A program made the position numbers and the translations under genes. Positions 25,501 through 37,500 of a stretch of DNA of 64,000 nt are shown here, one piece after another. Positions within the stretch are counted from its first letter, which is position 1. Each line of letters begins with the position of its first letter. The notes below the pieces were generated by a model. That model was not told the DNA's origin, made no database searches, and was given only the letters and a program-made list of their open reading frames with translations. The stretch comes from Balanoglossus misakiensis (lineage: Eukaryota; Animalia; Hemichordata). The stretch is from positions 10,131,846-10,195,845 of the forward strand of contig CM082577.2 of NCBI GenBank assembly GCA_040954595.2. The letters are read 5' to 3'.

Positions 25501-28500
25501 TACACCGAGAATAGGGGAGGTTTGTTAAGTTGGCAAGTAGACATGCATGTAAACCACCTTCTATAGACCGACCCCCCCCCCCCAAAAAGGATAAAAATCC
25601 CTGCCCAATAAACTGACACTGTACATGTACGTAAATTGGTTGCCAGTGAACAAAATTCGACATATTTACAAATAAAACAATTACAATATATATCATTTTT
25701 CAGCATGAAGACAGTTGTGAACAATGTAGTCATTTTCGTCCATACCATCAAATCGGTGTAATACCACAATTTCATAAAATCCAACGAATTTCTTAATTTG
25801 TTTTCGTTCAACCTACCCAGGACTCCAAATCCAGGTGGATATGGACCTCATTGGTGTGGGCGATGACATTGTCGTTCATGCCTGGGTGAGCGCGGGAAAT
25901 CCTGTCAATTACACGTGGTCATGGGGTGATGGCAGCGAGGAAACCACAGTCAGGCAAGGTAAATAACGAGCATTAACTTATTGAATGCAGTTTCACGCTC
26001 AATTTAACAACCTAACATCAGTACATTCGAAGGACTCTATATCGATGGACAAGTATGACAATAATATGAATAAGGAGAGATGGCACTTTTGGTTTCATGT
26101 ATTTAGATGTTTCATTACCAAATTGCATTACGACTTGTGGTTAGGTATCTATCACGTGTTGCAAGGAGACAAGGTTGTCGCACTTTTTTGTTTGTGGGAC
26201 TGGCGTTTCGCATTGCAATGTTCATTTTTGTTGCCTTTTCAGCGGCTTCTTACGCCGATCCCGACGAAAAGATCCACACCTATCTTTCTGACGGGCACAT
26301 GGTAATCACCGTGAACGCCAGCAACTATCTGAACTCCATGATCGAAACCTACGAGATCGATGTGCAGAGACCGGTCCTCAGGAACTATCGATTCGATCCC
26401 AGCACACCCGTCCACGACGGTAAGTCAATGACACTATATACTGCGTTTTCGGGTCACTTGGTGGTGCTCTTCAACCCTGATCGACTTGAGTTTCACCGAC
26501 ACCTGCTGGATGTTCGATTGTTGCCCAAATGCTTGGTGCTCGTACAATGTTTTAGAAGGAGCCTTTCCACAATATTTCTACGAAATCAAGTACATGTATT
26601 TATACAGGACTGAACAGTCGAATCTTTATGTATCTGTTAGGTCATAGGTAAAGATTGCTTTGTGCAGTGTGTATATATATCACGCCCTGCTTGGATATTT
26701 CATATTCGATTTATAGAGAGAACGGATTAACTTCACACATACAACAGCTACATGTACAGTATGTACACGCTTCAAGCACGCCTTGTCTAACACCAGATGA
26801 GTAGAATTTGACTGTGTAGTAATGCTGTTGCCTTTGCAGAGTGATGTTATAAACCGTCTTTATACATCTTTTTTTTTGCAGATCCCGTCACGTACAACAT
26901 AATATACGAACCAGCTGGTGGAGATTTGCCGCCAACAGACGCCCAGTTTATGGTTGTGTTTGGCGACTATGAGAACAGCTCCATTTCCACGCTGGGGCTG
27001 ACCAATTTCGGTGACGTCAACTCCGACATCACCCATGTATTCAGGTTCGCCGACGAGTACAACGGGAAGGTCATCATTTACAATCTGGTTAGCCGCGAAG
27101 AATTCGATATCGTGGTAAGATATATCAACATACATGTCTGACGAGACGTGAATTTAGGTTGAAATTTGTGTGTGTGTGTGGGGGGGGGTTAATTGGGAAC
27201 ATTATTCAACATATTATTGTTGATTAACAGTCACATCGCCGTCCGTTGCGAATCGCGTACACTGTCACTCTATCTCAGGAGAGCACTGACACGAATTAGA
27301 TAACATGGCGGCGTCTTCTGGTTCTGAAAGCGTGAATTTCTCCGTCCAGCTCCCAACATTCGACTTCCAAATCAGAAGTGTTCACGCATATCACTGTGAG
27401 GCATTATGTAACTGGCGCCCCTTGAAGTCAATAAGAGAAACTCCTCTTCAAACGGTTGGAGTATATCCGATGCAGGGGGATAATTCTGTTATCTTTCCTC
27501 GATTGTTATATCCAATTACTGGAAGATCAAATTTAGTGGTCTAACCCGTTTCGCTTGAAAGTATGAGGGTTAGATGGAGCAATGCTGGTTTGTGGGAACC
27601 CGAACTCTCCCTCTAGCAAACAAACGAGAGCAATGCTTTATCTACAAAAAAAAAACCGAAGTCTACTCCAGCATTTTAATAACGTAGCATTAAGTGCACA
27701 GGAAATTAAATTACGTCAGTTGATGGCAATTCTCCGGGCAAAACATGAAGTCCTTTAATCTAACCGTTTTCGCTACTCAGAACCGAACTGAAATGAAGTG
27801 ATTCTGTAATCAATAAGGACATTTGAGTGTTTACTTCTCGTTTGCAGTAAATCAACCTTGAATTGATGCCGTATTTGACGGTCATTCGAATTTTATTGTG
27901 TGTTTGCAAGATGCTTCGGTTTTCTACTGATCCGTTGCCCAAACTGGTGTTTTCTTGTTCGTTTAAAACAAGTGTGTGCAAAATTAAGAACCTCGTTTTC
28001 GAGGACAGTATAACGTACACCTAATTCCATTTGATCTTGTCTCTGTTTTTCTTTCCTTCCTTCCTTCCTTCCACCTACAGAGTGGATCCTACGAAACTAT
28101 CACCAATCCGGGAATACTGCCGCTGTACATACCACCCACGTCCAACGACGGCACGGCCACGATTGGGCACGGAGCCACAGAGAACATCTTCCCGATGGAC
28201 TCCGAAGTTATCTTCGAGGGAACCCACGATACGGGTAAATTCCGCTCGTTTTAAAGCAGAATGGTTACGTCATTTACGACGTTCAATGGTAGATTTAATG
28301 ATATTGTTTCCAAATATGACAGTCTGTTACTCAAATGATGAGTGACACCATTCGACTTGCGACAGTAATTTGAATTTGTCACATGGGGTCAGTCTTGGCG
28401 GGTGTAGCATGGCGGGTGTAGCTGGGTACGCCCACCTGCTACCACCACTTAGGCCTAGCAGTGATTCAAGATGATCTTCTTGAAGTTATCATCCTTTCTC

Positions 28501-31500
28501 ATATTTCTTTCTTGGACGTGGTAATTAGCTTACCTTGAATGATATTGATTATTGGACCTGATTTGATGTCTTATTTGCTTCTTGGTTGCCCGGTTGCCTG
28601 CAAGGGGTTAAAAAAGAAGTACAGTGTATTATGTAACACGTGTGTTTTACTTTTGGTGTCTGATTCTCTTCTCAGGAACAACTGTTACCTACACATATAC
28701 GGATTTCGGAGACGGGTCGGCGGCCGAAGTGACAACTCAGAAGAGATTCTCACATAAGTATAATGCGGTGAGTTTGTGATATGTATTAACTGTTGTAAAA
28801 AGCAGATAATGACGTCCGTCTTGTGCGTATTGGTATTACCCAAATGTAAAAGTTAAATTGGCTGCCAATCTCTGTGTTAAGTATATGGATAATATGTAGT
28901 AATGATTTTTATTATTATAAAATGGAACACACGCACAGTTTTCTTCTTTCGTTGCAAAAGATTGAAAGGTTTGGAGGACTATCACTTTTTCTGAAAAACT
29001 GTCCCCGAAGCACGTACTACCTAAATGTAGCATCTTTTCAAACTTTACACACAACAAACCATGGTCCCTATCGTGTACCCAATTTTAAGCTGAATTTGTC
29101 GAGTGCACATAAGCTTTGAAGTCTATCCTACTAGTCGCACCCACATTGATACCTAATATGCTATTTGAATACGAAAGGTGGGCATGTACACTGTCCGAAT
29201 GGATGCATCCAACGCCGTGACGGCGCTGGCTTCGACCCAGGTCAACATAGAAGTCCAGGCAAACATCAAAGGCATAACGATCATGGAAGGGCCGAAGACA
29301 GCTGCCAACGAGGTGAAGAGTTTCACCGTCGATGTGACCGACTTGGGCACCGACTCGTGCATCGCCGTCGACTTCGGCGACGGGTCGCCGTTCGAATTCT
29401 ATGGCGTTCAGACGACCTGCTCCTGGCACGCCGACTACCTGGTCAGCGGCTACGTGTCGAGCCTGTCCGGTTCGACCCCTCTGAGTCACACCTACACAGC
29501 GACGGGCGCCGTCCAGCTGCTCGTCCACGGCTTCAACCTGGTGTCCTTCTACGACGTGTCGCTAGACTTCACCGTGTCCGACGTGGACTGCATGTCGCCG
29601 ACGCTGAGCATCAGGGATGGCTCCCCCTACTGGCAAGGTCCCAGGGCCGCCTACCGCTTCACCAACATCCTCATCCAGGGCATCACCGGCCTGCGGTGCG
29701 CCGCCACCCGGAACAACTTCAAGAAGTGGTCCTACGTCGAGATCGACCCCGACACGGGAGCGGAGATACCCGCCACCGGGGTGGACCTGGCGGCGCTGAC
29801 CGAGAGCGACCCGGGTTACCTGCCCGACGCCACGACGGCCGAGATCAGGCTGCCGGCGTACTCCCTGCAGGCCGGGACTTACAAGTTCACCTACTACGTG
29901 GAGATGGACCCGGCGGACACCAACGGGGACGTGTTCTCCGGCAGCGTCGACGAGTACATCGAGGTCAAGACGTCGGGCTTGGACGTGCGGGTGCTGGAGT
30001 CGGAGGCGACGAGAATCGAGGTGGGCTGGGGACAGACGTTCACTCTGGAACCGCAGAAATATTCGAGAGACCCCGACGTGAGCCCAACTGTTGATCAGGT
30101 GAGGGGCCTGTTTTAGCTTAGTCCTTCATTTTGCTTGAATCTAGTCTGACATTCCCGTGTTTCGAACTACTTGTGGATTTAGATGCGAACGGTTTCCTTC
30201 TCAATGAAAGAAGAAGTAAAAGTCAAAAACTCTGCTTGTAAATTTAAAACTTATCTGCCTTGTTACTTTTTGACACAGGGCTTAACGAGAGTGTTGTACT
30301 ACTGCCGCCAAGTGTTCGAACCGTGGCCAATGACAGACAACCGTGAGATAGATGAAAATAATCCCGTGGGTGGCTACCCTAAAAATCTAACCCACCCAGC
30401 AATCGACCGAGGAGGCTGTTTCAATTCAGGTAAGAGAATTCTGTCCTCCGTAATGGTGTTTACAATTCAGGAGGGGATTTCCGTTGTCAAAAATGAAAAC
30501 ATTTCGGGACTGCAATTCGCATGTTTACACAAATTACATCTTTCATACATTGATTCATTCCAGTAAGATTAATACTCTCCTACGTAAAACCGCAATAACC
30601 AAACTATTGCCATTTGTTATCTGTGCATATCAATATCAGTCATTCTCCATTTTCTCCTTATCAACTCAAATCCAGGCCCTGGGCTCTTAGACCATAGTGA
30701 CTGGACTTTGTCGGTCAACACGATGTACATGACAGAGAACATAACCCACGAGTTTATGACGATAGTCGAAAAGGGTAACAAGCGTGGAAATAATACGGTG
30801 TTTGTGACAGTAACCCCCGGAGACCCTCCGATTATGGAAATGGAGTAAGTACAATTGCTTTATAGTGTACGAGCGCTGGTGTACAGTGAACTTTGCAGAG
30901 CCCCGAGTGCTGAGCTCTTATATAGAAACGCCGAAGCTTTGTAGCTCAAGTACTAGTATATTGGCCTACAATAGATAAAGTACCAGACCGAGTCTAGGTG
31001 GAACATGTAACTCGTATTCTGGGGCGAAGGTTCTTCATAACGCAGTTTTGTACTTACCCTTCCAGTGTTCACGCTAGGATTTTTTCTTTTGTAGCCACAC
31101 TCCTGGTGTGTGGCTAATTTACTCAAGAAACTTTTAGCCACAGCCAAAATTTATTAGCCACACAAATCAAGTTGAATATTGAATATAACATGCTTGTTCT
31201 GAATAAAAAAGAAATGACACTAACATTTTAAAACTAACTTTATTTAATAACACATGACACTGAAATTCCCCATAGTTGAGGGAATTGTTTGCAAGATACA
31301 GCAACTACTAGTTCAGCTTCATGTCATTTACATGGATACAGTCATTACTCTCAGTCATCAGAGTCTATCTCTGCTTCTTTACATGCCTGCTGCAGATTGC
31401 AAACACCCTTTGTGAACTCTGCAAGGTCTGATTCAAAACGATTAGCCATTGCTTTTTGTTCATTTTCAAGAAGTGAGCTCAGGTTTCTTCTCTCTTTTTG

Positions 31501-34500
31501 GTGGGTCCACATTTGGAATGATTTTTGAAAGTTAAACTCTGAAATTGGTGGTCCCTCTATGTTAATTTTTATTAACCTACAAACAGATGATGTCCTCAAC
31601 AAGTTTCTTGAGTTTGTTTTTACTAAGTTATACTGAGAGAATCCTCTTTCACAATCAACAGATGTGCATGGACTAGTCAGGTATATGACTATTAATTTAC
31701 ACAGATTAGGGTATACATCACTGATGAAGCTGTACCAGTCTTGAGTCTCTTCAGGGATTCACAACCCTATTTTGTTAAAAAATAAATAAATAAAATTATA
31801 ATAAAAACTTTTAAAAAATTTTGCTCAACACAGTAGTTGATCAGTGAATCATCAAGTCTGAATGTTTGACTAGACTGTGAACATAATCTATCTACACTTT
31901 GAACGGCACACACAGTACTGAAAAAAGCAGATGCCACTACACAATGACAAGCAAACTGCCGTCATTGGGGTTATCTTTTCTTACAATAAAACAGCTCAAA
32001 CATCATCTGCAAAAACATTTGATCGTAGTGGCTAAAGAGTTGAAAAAACTATCTACTCATCTGACACTCACATTTAGTATCTGCAAGTCAACGAGCCCAT
32101 GAAGTTTGCGGTTTGCTATGTTTTCTTTGGCCATGTAATACACTGAACGCATTTCAGCTACAACAGCTTCTTCAACTTTTACGTAGGAATTTGTGATGGC
32201 AGCTGACATTGCCTTCCGACCCTCATCCGTATGCATTGCAAATCTAAAAATATAAAATTCGGAAAGTCTTAGTGCTTGAAAATACACAAACTGGCAAAAC
32301 ATTTTTATTTACAAAGAATACATATTTCTATCTCAACCATTCACGGACATCATGCTTCTGCGCCATGTCTTTGAATTACTTTTTTTTACTACAAAATACT
32401 GACACATACCTATGATCGCTTGTCAACTCATGTTTTCTAAAGTCATCTTTTTTCGATGTTATACTTTGACCAAAATCATTGAAGGGCCTTCAATGATTTT
32501 GGTCAAAGTATAACATCGAAGACAATGTTTCCGCTTCTTCCCTGGGTTTGAATAATTGAACGTTCGTCTTCAAATTGTTTGATTTCATATTGAGGGTGGG
32601 AGACTGGAAGGCAGAAGTTTGAGAATGGTCAGGATTTTAGACTGATGTCGTTTTCTGGTCTGTTTTCAGTTGTGCACCAGGCATCGCCTGTTTCCAGGTG
32701 TTCGGGGGCAGGAAGATCAACCCCAGCTCGAGCCTGCGCATGACTGGCCGCTGTGTTGACTACTGCCACGATGACATGACCTACACGTGGGACATGCAGT
32801 TCTACAACTACACGTCAGAAGCATACGAGGACATCCAGGGCTGGAGAAACTCTGCAACTGGTAAGTTTGTGAACACCGTCTGCTTGGTAAAAGTGCATTG
32901 TACATGTAGCTACAATATGACTATAGTCATAGACTCGGAAGACCTACACCATAATACATTGCACTTGTGGTGCACTACAATATGTAGCTGCAAGTAACAT
33001 ACTAGTATTGACACAACGTTATTTTCTGATTACGTAAACCAGGTGAACGAACAGAATACCTGCATATTAAGAAGGATCTCTTCGACGCCCACCCCACCTG
33101 GACTAGATACAGCCTGAAGTTGACGGGAACTCGCCCGAGCGGCATGACCGGAAGTAGTTACCTAACACTGTATATAAATAAACCGCCCTCTAGTGGCGCG
33201 TGTAGCGTCACTCCTGGAAGCGGCGTGGTCAGCACCGACCCATTCTCTGTTCAATGCAACGATTGGGTCGATGAAGACGGAATCAGCAACTATCAGTTCT
33301 TTAGTAAGTATTTCGGTCAGACCTAAAGCTATTTACATTAGTCCCATTTAAGGGATAAAGTGTCTTTCTCGCCGCCCCTTTTCCATTAATTATGTTTGAT
33401 ACAAGACACCGTTTATGTTATTCTACATGTGGATATGCATGTATAGTGAATCAACGTTCGACCACACACAACTTCCATCCCGTTTGTAGGATAGGAAAGT
33501 AAAAATTCGCCCAAAATGAATAAACTGTCGAGACCGACAGACAAAGCTGAACCACATTTGAAAAGCTATGAGATTTTTCCTGTAGGGCTGTGGAATGTGG
33601 TTGTTTAAAAATAAAACATAACCATATATAGTGCAGGTCTTTTTATATGAAGCACATACACTGCTTTCTGTGCTGTCAACATAAACGACGTATTCTAGCG
33701 ATCCTGAGAAACTACACAGGTCACTGCGGGTACTAACCTTAATTGCATCAGTCTGAAGGCCTCATTCATGCGATAACTTTGGCATGCATGGTGAATACAT
33801 GTAATATCCATATCTGTCTGTAGGCGTTTCTGCCAATTCGACGGTACCAAGACAAATCACCTTCGGGCTGCAGTCGACCATGGACATGTTCCCGCCACTC
33901 GGGCCCGATTCCGATGCATACTTCCAAGAACTCTGGGTGAAGATCTACGATAACCTCGGCGCATACACCGCTGTGTTGATAGATGAAATCCAGGTGAGTC
34001 ACGCGACTAACGTCGCGCAGCCAGGGTTATTCTTGAGGAAGTTTCTGGCTTCACTCCTTGATTTAGGAGCAAGAGGAATGTGTCATCGCGGCCATGTTGT
34101 CCAAGTTTATGACAAAAAATGGCTTGGCAGACATCTTACTTGCGCCTGAAGTTGGACCGGCCTGACGTCATCAGAACGACGTGTCTGCAAAACGCCATAT
34201 TCATGACCCCTACATGACCTTACATCCTCGTACATGTACTTCCGTTAGTATGAATCCATCAGGTTGACTAAACCTATACAAAAACTTCATAATTGCAGCT
34301 GTAGTCAATGAATTACGTCTTGAACTACAACGGTGACTCTTCTTTAAAACAATTTTCACACCGTTTATTGAATTTTGACAACCCCACCACAGGAAGTACA
34401 AGGATGTGAGGTCACCTAGGGGTCATAAAAGTGACCTATGAGGAAGAAATGAACGGGAATACTGTTTCTCTGATTTTGCAAGCTATAAAAATAATAAAAT

Positions 34501-37500
34501 AGGGTCAGCAGAGTGTAGACATTGTCATGTTTCAGACTGCTGCTTCCTTGATATCTTTGGATAAAAAAATAAGAGTTTTGTTTGAACGTAATTTTATTCC
34601 ACACTGAAGGTAAGACCACCCACCGATAAAGATGCTGGGGATATCATGGACCATCTTTTCAACAAAACCGTGGGAGCTCTTCGGCAGTATGCCGACTTGT
34701 CAGCCAGTGGAAACACGCGGGAAATCAACAAACAAGTCCTGATAGACGCATCACAGCTCAATGGGCTGAGTGCCGCCGATCGTAAGTTACAGTGTATCGA
34801 CTAGCCTATACTGATAAGATACAATTGGTAAAGATAGACTCTCTTTTGGTTCTGTTTTCTTCTTCACAAAACGGCATTGGTTGATTATTCATATAGTAGG
34901 TTTGATTTAAATTGTCAAACAACGATTGCAAGATGTATGTGTTTACCTTTTACCCCGAAGGAACTGAATTCGAAACCCAGTATGGAGATTATGGTACAAC
35001 AACGGCCAGTGTCACGCCACAGGTAAATGCTCTTCTGTTCTGTGTACGGTAACCTTGTTACCATCGGTTTGCAAATGGTAATTGATGATCGTGCCATTCA
35101 ACAGAAGAAAGATTTGCTATTTCCTAGATTTCTTATTTTTTTATGATTGGCACTCATAATTGGAGAAGAATTTTACATGGTTGGGTTAAGAGAGGGTCCT
35201 CTTAGGGCTGTTAGTAGTAAAATAAATACAGGAATTTCATGTTTATATCAAATAGTTAAATTTGTTGCGTTTTTTCTTGGTTTTTAAACCCTAACTTTTC
35301 AACCAGCCATAATCGTGACCGCCTCTTGTTCTGTTATTAGGCTGCAGCGTCTTTTGTGAGCAAAGAGCTCGGCAGGAACAGACGTGCTTATGTGAGTATT
35401 GCTCTTCAACTTTTAGATAAATTTGTGCGTCACCATTCTGACTGCTGTCAGCTTTTTCATGCAAGACAATTGGATTTGTGGACTTGATTTTGCATGCGTG
35501 CCACCAGCCATACTGGTAATGCTGCGGCATTTTGTTGCAGTATTCACTTTCTTGTCATTTAAGATTAATTTGTATAGTGCAAACCCAAAAAACAATATCT
35601 TTATCAACATAACAGCTACGTGCAGTGTTGGTGAGTGCCATTTCCAGCGGAAGTTTGGATTCAATCGAAGACGTGACGCTGGTGTCGAGTACGACTTCTA
35701 TTATCACCGATACAACCGATGAGCTATCCCATGATTCCTTGGTAAGGGACACTTCCGCATATATATATGGCGTCCTTCATATGTCTTTCATAACACATTA
35801 TAATCGATTTCTTTTACTTCTTGAACATTCATGTACAAAATATGACTAACATCATATATGAACCTCGGCAGTACATCAATTCGAGCTTCTATATTCGGTG
35901 TAGAATTCTAGTCCTGGTTAATTAATTTCACGTCAACATTTTGTCGCCGCAGATCGAGGCGTCTGGTGTCGTTTCCAGTATGGCCGACATCTTCTCCGAG
36001 CTGTCGTCTTCTACTGATGAAGAGACTTTGGATGTTGCTGCAAAGGGAATCCTTGCAACAATCGGAAATATCCTAGAGGTTTGCAATTAATCCTGCGTAT
36101 TGCACTGCATTTCTCGTATTATAGTACAAAGTGGAAATTCACAAACAGTAAAATTGTCTGAAAATACCGGTAACTGTATATGCAGAATATAGTACAATAC
36201 AATGGAATACAATACAATAATTTTGAAATACTTCAATTGTTTGCAGGGAGTACACCATGCTATGTTCAATCCTCTGACGGTTTTGGACCAATACGAAGAT
36301 ACCGGACAGGAAGGAACAGATGCGTTCGAAAACGTTTATCAATCCAGCGTTGGAACGTACACAGAATGTAATGATAGGCTAATAACTGAGCTACTCCATT
36401 TTCTGAACATTTGGAATTCTGTAAAAACTTCCTATAGTTTCCACAGAAATTGGTAAAAGGCGTGCACTAAGCCTACATATCCTCGGTGTCCCTATTACAG
36501 TATAGCTGTACATTATATCGTGAGCCTCCGTTTTGTGGACTGGCTGCACTGGGATATTCTTTGAATCCACATCGCACAGCCCGTCCATGCAGAATGTTCG
36601 CCATTTTATCTTCAACATTTGCACACGGCACTGCACCATTTTAAATGGACGTCCGCTTATTCTGCCTGATGGAACCACCAGTATAACTACAGCCACATTT
36701 TGTCCGTGCTGCAACAGAATGCGCAACAGGTGGCTATGGGTGGCAGTAAACTTGGCGTAACTGTTGGTGTGTGTTTATTACAGGGATTGACAGCCCCACG
36801 GAGGAAATAATCGCCCCATCAGAGACACTGCAGGGATCAAAGGAAACCAAGGTTAATACGTGTAATTCTTTTACATATAATTTTAGATTGGCATACTTTG
36901 TCATTCGCTTAATTTAGCATCAGTGATGTCAAGTGAAACTCGATTTTCAGTCCTGTCGTAACGGTTGCAAAACGACAGTTTGACGACAGTGCCAGTGTGC
37001 CTCTAACACTAGCGCGGTAGTCGTACGTGCATGTCCCGAGGAACGACATCAATTATCGCGATTAAAGCAATTTCTCTCTTCTCGCCCGGCAGTCAAGACA
37101 AACCGTCAAGTCGATCGAGGGCGCCCTGACGTCGATCACCCGCGCCCTCTTGAAGACCAAGCTGCCAGGGGAAGACCCGATGGAGATGGAGACGCCCACC
37201 GTGTCGGTCATGCTGAAGCGCAGCTACCCCGGCGACATCGCCAACCGTACTTTCAGCATGGGGAAGGGCTCTTTCGTCATTCCCGAGTGGTGTGACATCA
37301 AGAACAGCCCGGGGCAGGACTGCTCTAAAGAAGAGGTGGTCGACATGGAGGTACGTGGTAGGGCCTGTATTTTTTAATTTTATTAAACGCGCCCAGAAGT
37401 GGATTCGATGTAAAGAATAAAAAACGTTACAGTAAGGCAATGCCGACACTTTCTAAGTGGAACGCCGAAGTTTGATCTCTTAAATACCAGGTCTTGTTGC

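Noticed and set aside
29165-30094. 309-aa Arg-rich ORF overlapping exon 12
   Set aside because: Off-frame reading of a GC-rich exon.
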